Numbered from the stretch's first letter, positions 34,901-49,109 are shown. The stretch is 64,000 nucleotides of DNA from Tubulanus polymorphus (GCF_964204645.1 NC_134026.1:31115432-31179431), one strand, 5' to 3'. The notes: generated from the letters alone by a model not told the origin. Numbers and translations: made by a program.

Positions 34901-37900
34901 CAGGTAACAGTAGCGCCATCTACACAAACTATTCATAAACTATCAGCTAATTAAGCCCCCCTCCATCCTCTGAGCTTCAATCAGCAGATTGCAAGAGAGG
35001 AACCAGGATTTGAACCGCAGGACGGTGGATTGATGAGCGGTTTATGGTACCCACTCTTTCAACCACCCCACCCACTCACTCACTCACCCATACACCCACC
35101 CACCTCACCCACCCACCCACCTCAAACACCCAACCACCGACCTCACCCACCCACCCACCCACCTCACCCACTCAGCTACATCTCTTGTATTGTCGTCATA
35201 TTTTGTAGATGATTCGTAAAAGTGTTGAAACGAGAGACTGGCAAAATACGATCGAACCGCGTAACGTTCGAGCCGTCATGAAACGTATTGTTGAAGATAT
35301 CACGGCAACAGACGGACAAGTTGGTCAGTTATACGAGGAGGGGACGCGGAAAGAGAATAGTGACTCGAGTAGGAAAACGTATAGTGTTAGTAAACCACCT
35401 CGATCGCAATGGAGTTATACACCCAGGTATAATATATACCACACAACTTCAATACCTACTAAATCACTCTATTTTCATCTGTGTGGGATTGATTTATTTG
35501 GATATTTCGCTTAATCTATTTGAACACATACCTCAAATCGGTTTAAAGACATCCAGTGAGACAAGTATATCCAACCCAACTCAATACTACAGTGAAACTT
35601 TAAAGCCTAACTCACCCAGTCCTAGTTCATGGTACTCTATACTATCAAACTGACCACACGGGTGTTAAGGTTCTCAGTGAAAGCTTACTAGGACATGGCC
35701 AGCTCAAGACTTTTCACTATCTGGGACAAAACATGAAATCATTTTCTAATTTCCTTTTCTTGTTTTCCGTTCACCCAGTCCTGGTAGTGTGGTTGTCTCC
35801 AGAGTTGTACATCAGAGACTAGGGTTGGAGTTGTCCAGGACCACTATGTAACACTGGGTTCACCCAGTCCTGGTAGTGTGGTTGTCTCCAGAGTTGTACA
35901 TCAGAGACTAGGGTTGGAGTTGTCCAGGACCACTATGTAACACTGGGTTCACCCAGTCCTGGTAGTGTGGTTGTCTCCAGAGTTGTACATCAGAGACTAG
36001 GGTTGGAGTTGTCCAGGACCACTATGTAACACTGGGTTCACCCAGTCCTGGTAGTGTGGTTGTCTCCAGAGTTGTACATCAGAGACTAGGGTTGGAGTTG
36101 TCCAGGACCACTATGTAACACTGGGTTCACCCAGTCCTGGTAGTGTGGTTGTCTCCAGAGTTGTACATCAGAGACTAGGGTTGGAGTTGTCTAGGACCAC
36201 TATGTAACACTGGGTTCACCCAGTCCTGGTAGTGTGGTTGTCTCCAGAGTTGTACATCAGAGACTAGGGTTGGAGTTGTCCAGGACCACTATGTAACACT
36301 GGGTTCACCCAGTCCTGGTAGTGTGGTTGTCTCCAGAGTTGTACATCAGAGACTAGGGTTGGAGTTGTCCAGGACCACTATGTAACACTGGGTTCACCCA
36401 GTCCTGGTAGTGTGGTTGTCTCCAGAGTTGTACATCAGAGACTAGGGTTGGAGTTGTCCAGGACCACTATGTAACACTGGGTTCACCCAGTCCTGGTAGT
36501 GTGGTTGTCTCCAGAGTTGTACATCAGAGACTAGGGTTGGAGTTGTCTAGGACCACTATGTAACACTGGGTTCACCCAGTCCTGGTAGTGTGGTTGTCTC
36601 CAGAAATGTACATCAGAGACTAGGGTTGGAGTTGTCCAGGACCACTATGTAACACTGGGTTCACCCAGTCCTGGCTCTCTGTCGCTCTACGATCCTAGTG
36701 TCTGTGGTACATCAGAGACTAAGGTTCTTGGTGAATCTATAACTCAAACTTTACTTATCTCAGACCATTTTTGCCACTGGTCCCAGTTTCTGTGAGTTAG
36801 ACGAGGATAACTGTGTATATTGTAGGCTGTCTATCTACCATACTGATAATATATTGTAATGTAATGTTGTATTATATTGTAGCACTATAGACAACAGTCT
36901 CATGTCAAACATACAGAAATTGTTCTCAGAGAAAATTGAAATATTCAGCGCCGTAGAATTTTCCAAAGTATCCGTTTTAACTGGTATCATTAAAATAAGT
37001 CTGAAGGTAAGAAAAACCTATCAATATTTCATCATTTTTTATTTGTTTATAAACGGTAGTTTAAGATTTAATGAATATTTATTTGTGTTTTTTAGACGTT
37101 TCTGGAATGCGTTCGATTAAGAACCTTCGGTCGATACGGTTTACAACAAATACAAGTTGATACACATTATTTACAGTTATATTTATGGAGATTTGTATCT
37201 GATGAGAAGTAAGTACCAGGTTATGTGATACCTGCTCATTAACGTCAACTGTGTGTGAACCACTGTTCTATTTTAGCACCTATGGGGCTATAGAGTGTTA
37301 CGAACCTCAAACTGATGGAGCTCGGTGTGGTTTCAATAGATTTTGACTCATTTTCTCTGCAGCATTTCAACACTCATTTACTTCCATTCCGACAACGCTA
37401 TTATAAGTAGCTTTATTAACAGAAGATTAATGTTACGGTATATAGATATGCTTAAGTCTTTTGACAAGACATTATTAGCAATACAGTGGATAAACAATTA
37501 CCTGATACCTGATACCCTCGCATAGTTAGGATAGGATAAGATTGTCAATTTGTATAGGGTTTTTCAAATTACAGAATTATTATCAAAGGCGCTCCCCTGA
37601 AACAGGTGATGACTTGAACAGAGATGTCTCGAGCTGTCGTTGTAATCCTGACCGGAGAGAGGGTTGGTGTTAGGGGATTCCGTACGATGTGTACAACTGT
37701 CTCAAAAGCACGACCCACTGAAGTTGGGTTTACTGGATTTTCAGTATCAGATCCTGGCTCTCCACTCTTGTTCCTGTTCTTGGCCCAGTTTCACAGTCAT
37801 GGCTTAGACTTAAGACTAATTTAAGACGATCTTAGTTCTATAACCAATCTAACAACTTAAGACCAGTCTTGAAATTTAAGACCATTTTTGGACTTAAGTC

Positions 37901-38421
37901 TCAACTGAGGAACCAGCACCTGGTTTATAATGAAACATGATGAAATGTATCTGATACCTGATTTTTATCGTTATTTTAGTTTGGTTCATTTTCTATTGGA
38001 TGAAATAGTTGGAAGTACAGTACATCGATGCCTGGATGCCGTTATGATGGAACAGAGTGTAAGTTTTAATCCCTGTCATATTTCATTGTTTTATCGCGAT
38101 GGATATTGAAATCATAAAATACCTTATGCTTTATGTTAATGATATGCGAATGTCAAAGGCTTAATAATTCACATTTTTTGTACACGAAAAATCGAAATCG
38201 GTTTTTTGGTGAAAATTCTAAATCCCCAATAAACTGTTCATGCATTTGAATAAAGAATTATCTCTGATTTATATCATGCGCACCAATTACATCCTCGCTT
38301 GCCAGGGCTTCGTCAAACCAATCCCTGGCAAGCGAGGGCTGCTCATTTCTACAGGATTCAATGAATATATAAGATGAATTTTATTTTGTAGGTGATTGAT
38401 TTGATTTGTGAACGAGGTTGA
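28902..38421 (+). CDS. VPS51: Vacuolar protein sorting-associated protein 51 (GARP/EARP complex subunit); 17 coding exons
   Basis: Exons 28902-29216 ('[38 protein letters not shown]', identical over long stretches to human VPS51), 29539-29694 ('[19 protein letters not shown]..'), 29774-29847, 29930-30062, 30147-30235, 30393-30528, 31500-31597, 31690-31789, 32128-32308 ('[12 protein letters not shown]'), 32592-32857, 33223-33327, 34757-34903, 35209-35426 ('[20 protein letters not shown]'), 36883-37006 ('[22 protein letters not shown]'), 37096-37208 ('[15 protein letters not shown]'), 37980-38058, 38392-38421 ('VIDLICERG*'). Confidence 0.93.
29267..29417. mobile_element. MITE family A copy (VPS51 intron 1)
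   Basis: 'gggacgagttccatagtcatgacttagac...ctcaactatggaactgtcacc'. Confidence 0.7.
30732..30858. mobile_element. MITE family B copy (VPS51 intron 6)
   Basis: 'caggattcagttccacagtttgctggttaag..ctgtagaaccgagtcctgg'. Confidence 0.6.
32905..33153. mobile_element. MITE with terminal inverted repeats CAGGGTCCGATCTAAG(C/G)A..TTGCCC (singleton family E) in VPS51 intron 10
   Basis: 32905 'cagggtccgatctaagcacttgtccgattgcccgg' is the reverse complement of 33118 'gggcaagtggctttcattccttagatcggaccctg'. It also has internal 'gggcaagt' sub-repeats. Confidence 0.65.
33447..34150. mobile_element. Head-to-tail tandem array of 5 MITE family A copies (period ~140 bp) in VPS51 intron 11
   Basis: Each unit runs 'ggg(c/g)c(c/t)(a/g)gttgcatagtcatggcttagacttaagacccgtctaagaccaacttagttctatagctaatctaacaa(c/t)ttaagaccagtcttaagatttaagaccacttttggact(c/t)aagtcatgact(g/a)(t/c)gcaactggcccc'. 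Unit starts are at ~33447, 33589, 33729, 33869 and 34009. Confidence 0.85.
35030..35200. repeat. C-rich microsatellite (CCCA/CCCACC/CTCA)n, G-rich on the minus strand
   Basis: 'ccaccccacccactcactcactcacccatacacccacccacctcacccacccacccacctcaaacacc..'. It lies in VPS51 intron 12. The ORF 35030..35212 is an artefact. Confidence 0.9.
35775..36690. repeat. 89-bp satellite, ~10 units, in VPS51 intron 13
   Basis: Unit 'cacccagtcctggtagtgtggttgtctccagagttgtacatcagagactagggttggagttgtccaggaccactatgtaacactgggtt' at >97% identity. Confidence 0.95.
37782..37917. mobile_element. MITE family A copy (VPS51 intron 15)
   Basis: 'tggcccagtttcacagtcatggcttagacttaag...ctcaactgaggaaccagcacc'. Confidence 0.7.
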
Positions 38422-38649
38422 GATGACGTCACGAAATGAAAGAGCTGCATTCGAAACGATTTATAACTTACTCTCAATGTGAAATATTCATCATCTCCCA
38501 GAAAAAGTTTCATTATTCTTTTCAGAAATATCTTGACTTATTCAGTAAAACTTCTGGTTGTGCAATAACCGCCAGTTGGTATTTGACTTCAGGGTTGAAA
38601 CATGAATCAATGATAAAGAGAACTAGATAACTATGGATTACTGGATCCA

Positions 38650-38914
38650 AGGGTCAGTTCTAGTCATGAGTTAGATTTAAGACCAGTCTAAGACCGTTTT
38701 AGTTCTATAGCCAATCTACAATTTCATACCAGTCTCAGCTCATATTAGTTCTATAACCGATCTAACAACTTAAGGCCAGTCTAAGCTCATTTTGGTTCTA
38801 TAACCAATCTAACAATACAGTCTAAGCTCTGTTTGGTTCTATAACCAATCTATCAACTAAAGACCAGTCTTAAGATTTAGACCACTTCTGGATTCAAGTC
38901 ATACTGTGCAACCT
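38650..38914. mobile_element. Compound/expanded MITE family A copy just downstream of VPS51
   Basis: 'gggtcagttctagtcatgagttagatttaagaccagtctaagacc' start and 'gtcatactgtgcaacc' end. The internal 'agttctataaccaatcta(a/t)caa..' sub-unit is repeated about 4 times. Confidence 0.6.
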
Positions 38915-39294
38915 TGGAGTTATTCCAAGGTGCAACAGGTTGTTTGGTTAGTAGGTGTATGTAGTACAGAAAGTTTTGAGACAAAGGATTTTTTTCAAGC
39001 ATCAAAGAATCGAAGTATCATGATCTATTCTGTAGTGTTTGTAATATATGAGTGAATTGATTGTCTGATTACAATGAATACGAATTTTAAATTCCATGTT
39101 TGAATAGTTTGTTCAAACATTAAAAATACTAGGTCTCTCTATTGTAGCGAGCTGAGGACGATGTGGTAACATATGTGAAACGTTTGCGTGAAAATAATAT
39201 CTGTATAATAAATATTAATATATTGAAACTGAGTTTGAGTTATGATATGGATTGATGATGAATCACAGGGTCCCAGTTGCTTAAAGGTTAGCTG

Positions 39295-39420
39295 AAGATA
39301 GCCGTGTGGACCTGGCTCCACAGTTGCCGAATTGCGATTTGACTCGGAGTTAACTCATCGAAAATGAACTAATTTAAACTCAGAGTTAACTCTAACTCAC
39401 AACTGTGGAACTGAGTCCTG
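39295..39420. mobile_element. MITE family B copy
   Basis: 'ggacctggctccacagttgccgaattgcgatttgactcggagttaactcatcgaaaatgaactaatttaaactcagagttaactctaactcacaactgtggaactgagtcc'. Confidence 0.7.
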
Positions 39421-42189
39421 AGTTGGTGGTTAACTCTAACTCAATTGATCATTTCGTCCACTCTGAATTTTCGAGCCTAGGCTTGAGTTGAGTCGCCTAG
39501 AACGGTATTCATGACTGTAATATTAAGGAACATGCATCTCTTAATCGTCTCGAGGGCTCGTGTTGCCAACGAAGGAATGCGATCTTGCATTGTCAACTAC
39601 ATGTATAGGGCACACGCCTCCATTCACAGCGGGTATCATGAATAGAAGATCCACTAACTCATTACAGTTTGATCAATGTTGTCATGAAATATCGTTATTG
39701 TATCCACGGGAACTAATCTTTATAAATATCATACGAAATAACAGTGAATTCTAGTGGTTGTTCACGTACTACACTCTGTCACCAATTTGCCTGGAGATGG
39801 TTTGACTTATGAGACACTTTTTATGGTCTATTAGTAAAAAGAAGAATTCTAAAGAAAACCTTTCCATGACATTATAGTACGATACGTATATAATATGTAC
39901 GGCAGGGTCTAGAATAAGAAGACAGTTGTTGTTTGAGAAGATCATATCTTTAACAATAATAATGACGATACCTTTGATAATACTTAACATATGCGGATCT
40001 TGAGGATTGTATTTCAATCTAAATGAAATATGCACCAATTTTGTTGTTTGTTAGACGTTCTACTTTTTCCTGCTCCAAACTTATTTTAGTTTGATCTAAA
40101 ACGACGAGTCCATGGTTCGTTTTTAAGTTTATCAGTAAATTGCGTACGTGTATCATATCAAAAAGAAGTTATTACTACTAAATTGTACTCGGTAGCCTAT
40201 AGCGGGGGACAAATTCATTTCATAAATCATCGAAAATTCAAACGCGAATGATAAATTACGATTTGAAATATTCAAACATTGTACTGATGCTACGTACGTT
40301 CCACGTCGCAGCTGGAATAAAGTTTGACAGTTTTGCGGATTATATTTCCATCTTTCTCATGCAAAACGAAGGATTTGCACATGAATATGAAAAAGGGTTG
40401 AATCCTTCTTTCATCGCGTCGTCGTTATAGGGGCTAGCGCGCGGGTAAAGCTTAATGGATAGAGGTATAGAGATCATTAATTCACTGGCGGCAGGTTGTT
40501 TTCAGAGCTGCGATGACGATTTTCCTTATTTACAACCTGTTGCAAATCGTTACCTGCATATAATTCAAACCTATAGTATTAATTCACAAACCGCTCTCCA
40601 TTTCACGTTAATGTTCACGTTTTCTTATTCGGTTTTAGCTCGAACGAAATAAAATCGTTTTATATCATCGAAATTGCTCAGCGTCGGCCATTAAAAATTC
40701 CAGATGTCGCCCATAATGGAAATGTAATTTTGTTTTATACCGGAGGTATTGACCAGGAATAAATGATGAGTATTTTTAAAATTCGCATCTATCAACCTGC
40801 ATTGAACGAGGGGGAGGGGGGACGGTAATTATACTAACGATAAAAACCTAGAAACCTTAATGCGTGTAGGGCCTACAGACAACAGCTGATCACACGAACA
40901 CTAAGTCAACTGTATTCATTCATTTTTGAATGTATTATCATTGAATTTGCATCAAGATGAACTAAAATTCGAGTATAGTTTTTACTGCAGTTAAATGTGA
41001 GTCCTCAGTCAATCCTCCACATCAGCAGCTTCAAGGAACTTCCAACGTGTCACCAACCGAAAATTCTCATATGCGCAAAGCCTGTGTGATGCTCTAATGA
41101 GTTTTGTATTTGTCTTACCTTCTGGAACGGTAGTTTTTGAATCCGTTGGATTTGAGGGGGGGGGGGGGTGTAGGGCATCCTGTGATTTCGTTCACCATGT
41201 GTTACTATACAGAACCACGGACCATCGATGCAGTTCCTGTGACGACCGATCAACCGTACCACAAAACCTTAACATCTGGCTCCAGTTTCGCCGTTGTGAG
41301 TGTGAGTGAGTTAAAAATAGTGGAACTGGACCCTGGATCCAGTTTCTTGAAACAGTTTATGCCCAAAACGGTTAAATTTGAATTGATGTCCTCATTGAAA
41401 ATTTACGTTATAGCAATTAAACAAAGAATTTCAATTTTAACTTTACATGAAAATGAACTGGATGCGCCCAATTTAACTAAATCGTTTGATTACCCAAGTT
41501 GCCCTTATTTCTTGTTTTCGATCAGAAAAACAATTCCATTTAAAGTTGAAACTGTCCATGAAATTGGGCCCACACTTTTTGATTCTGCGGTTTGATTTGA
41601 ACCGCAGGCAGCAATGAATCATCGAACGACGTTTTCTCTTTTTTTCACAGATATCAAATTCTTCCATAAAACACGTAGTATTTGTAGAAGAAGATCATTT
41701 TGCATACATTTACAAAGCTGAATTAACGTGACACTATAGGAATATAGATTTATAGATTTTGATCAGGACGCCAATGATGAACCACACGTTTGAGCCTGAC
41801 AAACGAATTAGGTCCATTTAGAATTGAAGTATATATATATATATGTGTATAAATACATTTTTTGAGCCATTAAACTATTCGTAAAGCTGGATCAATGCGC
41901 GTGCGTCAGTTAATACAGTACTGATGGTAAATTGAATTTCATAACCGAAACAGGTGCTGGTGCTGCACATAATATACACACCCTATACTCAATCTATGGT
42001 CTGGACATTTTTCATTGAATTATATTAAATTCAGTCATCAAACAAATGACAGTATTTGTTTTGAGGTAGGCCTATACGTGTGTTCGGCGATGAAAACAGG
42101 AGGTAAGAAATGCATTGAACCGCAGCCCGCCGGGGTTTATCAATCTTTATATTTAATTTCGTGATGAATCAGTAAAAACCCACAATCAT

Positions 42190-42400
42190 GTATGAAAAAA
42201 AAAACTAAGAGAGCAGTGACGTTTTGACTCAAGAGCCATTTTCAAAACTATGCGAGTAGTGACGTTTAGACTCAATTCTCTGAGCCATTTTCAAAACTAT
42301 GCGAGTAGTGACGTTTAGACTCAATTCTCTGAGCCATTTTCAAAACTATGCGAGTAGTGACGTTTAGACTCAATTCTATCAGCTATTTTCAATGCAGTTT
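42190..42400. repeat. ~61-bp tandem repeat, 3.5 units
   Basis: 'agtgacgtttagactcaattctctgagccattttcaaaactatgcgagt' iterated. Confidence 0.85.
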
Positions 42401-44472
42401 CAAAAATCAGTTTTTAAAATAGGGCTAATATAGAATAGAGTTGAAATTGAGTCGAACGCTCTCTTCATAACTGTGGAATCTTTCTTCAAATGAATTCAAG
42501 CCAGTCACTCGTCATTTCATGAAGTCAGCCGGAGATTTAGGTGAATAAAAAAAAGAAGAATTTTATGAATTACTAAATCAAAAATATACTTAAAGTTACA
42601 CGTTGGCATATTTTTTTGTCAATGTCAGATTAACTACTGGGGATTCTATGGATGCATTCTATTAAACCCAGCATGATTTAAACGGTTTGTCGTGTGGTAG
42701 GTCTCGTGTATATTGTGCCTGTGATCGTGAGCATGACTAAATCCAGTAGTCCCTGCATCAAACAGATGTATTCCACAACCTGACACCATTCCTCTTATTG
42801 CTATAATTACGATCAGTTTTAACTATGTCGTACCGACATGTCGGTACCCGCTTCATTATATAGATCTAACAGCTCAAATCAATCCATTGATACATCGATT
42901 AATCGGGTTTATAATGTACAATAGTTTATATGCGCAAGTTGTATAAATGGGTTCCCCTGTTGGTAGAAATCCCGGGCTGTTTGACTCCTAAGGTCTGTAT
43001 AAAAATGACGGACCCAGGATCGTGACCTATCAGTTGTTGGTCTCTGTTGAGAGATAGCACCGGAGATGGAAATATCACAGTTGACAGTTTTTACAGGTAA
43101 GTTCTCAATTTTAATTCGTCTTTTTAAACTCACGAAATTGTATTTAATAATCGAAGACTTGTGGCGTACGCTACAAAACATATATTTCTTATAAAGAAGT
43201 TGGAACTTTTATTGGGTAAGGGTAAGCAGTGAAATAGGTTACGAATTGGAGATAAGTTGAATATGGCAATTAATTTTATGATTCTTATCAAATTTATATT
43301 TTTTTCATTAAGAAGTTTCCAATGCGATATATTCCAAGTAGCTTTAAAATCACTTATAGAAATATTAGAAAGTCGAAAAGTTGAATAAACTGCACTAGCT
43401 CAAGGAAACATTTCGAACTATGTTATTCTTAGTGTGCAGGGATTTTCAATATGATCTTTACAACACGGACTAAAGAGTGTTTCATCAATGGTTTTCAAGA
43501 AGTTTAGTTGGGTTCTGAAGCAGCATTAAACTAATTGCTCCTCGATATTAACAAGTTTCTGCACTTCAGTTTGATGAGTTCGAGAGGGTATAAATTTACT
43601 ATTCAATTGTATGAAATGTTTGATAATTCATAAACCATTAATTAAAATGTGATCTGTTTAAATTTGGGTCCTGGGGCTGCTGCTGCACACGTGGCAAGTT
43701 TGGTCACATATGTGCGCATATATACGCGTCAATGTTAGGGCTGGACTCTGATTGGACCCTGCAAGTTTAATCCATATGAACAAAATCACTGCAAAATGAA
43801 TTCAATATGATTTATTACCAAATGTTACCGGACTCATGTGACCACGTGGTCCACAACAGTCAATCGTACAAACGGTTTTATATACGTACACGTTTTCATC
43901 AACTGATTTCATCTAATATCAGACGAGAGAATAGAAAAAAGAGTCCGAAATGTTTCCTTGAATCTATTTTCTAATTCGATTTTTGACCATTATCGCTACA
44001 GACATCTTCATACGTATAACTAATCATTGTGTTGTGTATAACTGTAGGATTCCTGGAAGATTACATTAGTATCCATATTCTAACACTGTTCCTAAATATG
44101 ACTATTAGGATTGAGTCGAAACGTTGAAATGAACTATCAGCTACAAGGAAACATTTTAGGACACTTTTCTTCCATATTTTGTTGTGGGATTTTATATTAT
44201 CGTTACAACATGGACTCAGCAGTTGGACTCGTTTCATCGAAGGTTCTCAACTAACGCGTATTTGATTGTAGAGTTTACTGGAAAATACGGAAAAGGAATT
44301 ATTAGTGTATCTGTCGCTTTTTGATCTCAAATAATCTTCATTAGAACAACGTGACGTCATATTCAGCTTTGATCGATAACGAGTTAGAGTCAGATAAGTA
44401 ATTTTTTAAGTAAATCCTGATGAATCGATAATATTGGCTTATAATAAATGTTCCAGGAATGTAGTCAATTGA

Positions 44473-44557
44473 CGGCCAGTTCCGCAGTTGTTGAGTTTAG
44501 ATTTGACCTTAGAGAGTTTACTCATTTAAAATGACTCGACAACTGTGGAACTGGATC
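44473..44557. mobile_element. MITE family B copy, immediately followed at 44579-~44730 by a partial MITE family C copy
   Basis: 'ggccagttccgcagttgttgagtttagatttgacc..caactgtggaactggatcc', then 'gccgcgatcacacgggcg...' whose start equals the terminal inverted repeat of the element at 1947-2258. Confidence 0.6.
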
Positions 44558-45300
44558 CTGAGTTCAGAGTTAACTCTAAAGCCGCGATCACACGGGCGTT
44601 TTTGCCCGTCCAAAAACATCGGACCAGGCCCGAGCCAAATTTTAGCACGGGACAAATGAAAGCATTTGAATCGCAACTGGTTCCGGAAATGGCTTTGCTT
44701 TGTTCGAGCCTTATTTTGGCTGTTAGATAAACTTTTGGATTTTCTAATTTTTACTCATCAATTGTGGAATTTTCGGTTTCATTCGTGATTCATCGGTATC
44801 CGTCATTATCAGCACACCACAGCTTGCTATCAGGTGGTTCATACCTATCATATTCATCAGTGCCTATCGCTAAAATCATTCAGTCCATATATTGACAATT
44901 CATCATTCTGCAAATTCTGTAAGATATATGATCTGTGTTCATGGACTCAAGTTCTACGTTTATGTTGTTTTAAAGTATTTTTCATATCGACATTTCACAT
45001 TACACCTGGGCTATTCCAAATTATTCCAACGCGTCAAGTAATTCACAGTGAAGTTATATTGTTTCAGCTGTTGAACCACGTACTCTCTACCTCAGTCACC
45101 ACCACATACACTGCCGCGGTCTCGCTCTCGTGCTCCTGGTTATGTGTAAATGTGACCGTTATAATGGGCATTTTGATTAACTAAATGCTCCTTGTAATGA
45201 TCATAATTATACGTAATTTTCTGACGTCAGAAACCGAAAGGAACGGAAGCAAGGATGGATTTATGCAGGGCGACGGAAGGGCTGATTGGTTACAGTGTTA

Positions 45301-45515
45301 CTGGATCCAGATCCACAGCTGTTCCGTAAGAATTCGCTTGATTTGAAACGTTGAATATGAATGAACTTATAGAGTTTACTCTAACTTACAACTGGATCCA
45401 GTCCTACAGTTTGTGAGGGCTAGAGTTAACTCTGAGTTCATTATTCATTTTCGAATGTTGTCAAACTCTTGAGTCAGATCTAACCCAGAACTGTGGAACT
45501 AGGTCCTGCAGAGGT
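45301..45515. mobile_element. Two adjacent MITE family B copies
   Basis: 'ctggatccagatccacagctgttccg..caactggatccagtcctacagtttgtgag..cccagaactgtggaactaggtcc'. Confidence 0.55.
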
Positions 45516-48500
45516 CACTAGTTGCTCAATGGTTGATTAACGTTAACCATCAGATAAATACCATCATTGTTACACAATGACATTTTGATATTGTCACTAT
45601 ACAGTGTCAACTATTGGTTGGTTACTCTAACTAATAATCTTTTGAGCAACAGCATCGACGGGACCCAAGTTTCATTGAGGCTCCTCGCACGTGCACAGGT
45701 CCCAACTCGGACCCTGGATCGGATAAACTCAAACAAACTTTGGTTTGCGAGAAAACCGTTCGGTAAGTGAGAATCACGTGTGGCACAATAACTCCTATCA
45801 ATCTCAGGTATGATATAAGTGTTGTTTGAATGAATATTTTGCCGCTGGTACGGGATGCAGTCAGTGTTAGCATATATTGGGCATAGCAAATATTGGCGGC
45901 ATAATTTTACATTTCTCTGCGCACACGACGAATATATAAATGAATTGAAGGATTGTCGAACACAAAAGGAACCGGCGGCGGCGGCGGCCGTCCCATCGTT
46001 AACGGTGTGACAGGTTTTTACCCGTATCTCGCTAAACAATAGGAACAAAGGTCGCACTCCAACCGAGCACGTGCTGACGCGAGTTGGTTTATAGCGCAAC
46101 CTTCCTTATTTACAAAAGAAACCCATTATGCAAACTCAACTCACCGAAACATTTTTGCATTTCAAATGCGCATAGCGATATGTTTTTATATATTGGAGAG
46201 GGGAATCATATTCATGTCTCTTTATTATCAATGATATTGAATTGGATATAAAAGCGCGACTCGGTGCGGGGACATGCGAGAACCTGTTGCTAACGTGAAT
46301 ACGATATAAAATTGGTGGGAAGAATAGTCGGTTTGTCATTAGTAAAGAAGCTAGACTCGAGGACGGACCGATGATTGACTGACTCCTCAGGCGCGGAGCA
46401 GCCGGAGACAGTCATCTCTCTCAATGGACTACACCCGCTAGCTGTATGGCGGTTAACTATTACTGACGCGGAAATTGTGCAATTTTTTCTTGATTCGTGT
46501 TTAGCTCTAATGGGGTTAATCAGTGTTAATTATTTGCAATTAAGGAATATATGCGACCGCGATGATGTTATATCAGCGTGATAGAGAGGTGTATCTCAGT
46601 TTCGGAGGATACGGATGCTGCTGCTGCTGATGCTGATGTTTGTCGTTTACTATACTAAGTAGTAGTGCCGCAGGTAGATTAGTTAAACGATACCTGCTCA
46701 TTACTGCTTACTATAGAACTCGACTTCAACAACAAAAACAAACTAATATTCGGCTGATATATATCCGACACCAGTTCATTTTCATTTCTGAATTCGGGCT
46801 ATAATGATATGTATATAGATTTTGAATTCGTCTGTTCTTCGGGTGAATTTATCATGATTCATTCCGTTTTCGATGGTAACAGCAGGTCTTTAAAATATGC
46901 TTTCCATTATAATCTGTCACACATGATGTGCATACATATTTTCGATATATATTTAACATATTTGAATATATATACATTTGTTAAGTTTGTCTGCAACAAG
47001 TTGGTACCAGGGTAACGCATTGCAGTCAACAGTCGGTGTCGTTATGTTCGGTGGCATGGTGATTTCGGATTCGAATCGTTCACTCAGGCCAAATACTAAG
47101 TACTTGTGCCGCAGGAGCTGCATTCAATATCTCCTGTCGTTCCAGTACTTAATCTGAGGCCAGTCTAATCAACTTACTAAAACTGTTCGAGAAATGTGAA
47201 ATTTTAGCTACACTGACGCGAGATATGAGGTGAGAAAATGACAGTTTTATCGGGACTGTATGTGCTAAAATTTACACTAGTTTTGATACTAAATCCAAAC
47301 TGATGTTATCAATATTTTGTCAAGTATCTATGATTCAGAGCAAGAGCATCTTATGTCCAGCGGGCGAGGCCTCACTTGGATACTTAAACCATTCAACATT
47401 GTATTGATGATAACTAATGGTTTTGAACGCTATATAATCTAAAATATCTGCAGGCCTATAAGATTTATGGCAGAAATATGTGGGATTAAGTTTATATTTC
47501 AAAACTAAATTGCTGTCGACACAGTTGATAATGATAGATATTATTGAAAATATTTTTAACTAATTTCTGAATCTAAATTAATGATTTGTGAATTGTGATG
47601 TTATCTTCGACATTTTCATTGCTTATTTATTGATAAATAAATCTATGATTTTGAATTGCAAACCGTTGCGTTATCAGTTTTAATTCAATCCATAAACTAC
47701 AGATAATTTACTGAATTCTGAATTGAATATTCTCTTCGTTTTTGTTTAAAGAATAACATATTCTGCCATTCCCTTCATCGGAAAACAGCGGATGCAAGCC
47801 TTGAATGAAATTCCCATTTATTTAGCAATGGTCGGACCTACGCCGGTGGTTCGGACGCTGGTATGTGAGGATCGGGAATGTGGTTTGTGCACTGGTAAGC
47901 GAGGTTTGGGTAAGGGATTCCAGCCCTGGCAAGCAAGGTAAACACGGTAACCAGTCTACTCGAGATACAGACCAGAAACCAGTCTATTTGTTTCTTGTCT
48001 ATTTTGTCGCTTTACTGGGCTGAAAAGTGGTATTCTAGTTAAAAGTACATAATATCTTCCATGCGAATAAAGTTCCTTGTAAAGGTATCGTTTTGCTGAT
48101 TTTTTTCTGCGCCGATAGATGGCGAATAGGAGGATCAGTTTCGCTGGTACGGTTCGGTCGTCTCTTCATAAATAGCCCACGTGCCTGCAGAGCTATCGGC
48201 TTCTACTGTCCACACAATCTAGAAAAATATATAAATACATACTTCATTCTATTTAAAAGCGTCTTTAACAAAAGGATTACGATAACAAATTGAAAAATAA
48301 AATCTAGTTCCCTAGAACGCCGTCTGCATCTAACACAGTCAAATTCTAACTCAGAACTGAGTGCAGTTCTTTAAGTTCAGGACCCAGATAAAGAGTCGTT
48401 AAAGTTAACCAACATTATGTTGGGAGAATCCATGTCACTCAGATAGACTCGCTTGTAGTCTGGACTGATGCATTTGTACGCATTTTGGAGCCGTGGAAAG

Positions 48501-49109
48501 GCCTAGTGTTTACATCAGTGTTTGATCTGCAAAAGAAATAAAAAAACCGGTCTCCGTATTCGATATCGGAAACATGTGAGACGAAACTTCAGTTATGAAT
48601 AACACACAAAAGAAGAATTGATATGTAATCAGTATCAGTGAGTTATTAGACTGTATCACATTAATACCCATTATTAAACACGCACACACTTACAGACACA
48701 CCTACAAATCATCGACAAACCCTCAGAAAAAAACAACGAGACGGATTTTTTGTCGGATTTTTATTTCGCCCATTTTCTTACTGTCGCCGATATCAACAGA
48801 TATGTTTCTGTCAACTGTAAACCTAGGCCCGCAGTTTTACAGTGATAGCTTAAAGACCATCTTCAGTACCAGCTTTTCTAACAACCTCAGGCCATATAGC
48901 TCGATGATTAAAGACCACTTTTGGGCCAAAGTTACGACTGGGAATTTCGGATACGGTTCCACAGATATAAACCAAACCACGCCCGCCTAACGCCTGATTT
49001 TTTCTGAGAATGTAACTTCTACATTTTGACTAGGAACTAGTCCGAGGAACTAGTCAAACGAACCCAGATACACCGTCATAGTCTCTATACCAACTGAATC
49101 CTAAAAAAT

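Noticed and set aside
45611-46099. 162-aa minus-strand ORF (and the 152-aa ORF at 41137..41595)
   Set aside because: No splice context and no recognisable domain. They contain poly-Ala from a CGG repeat or a poly-G read-through, and are most likely chance ORFs in repeat-rich intergenic DNA.
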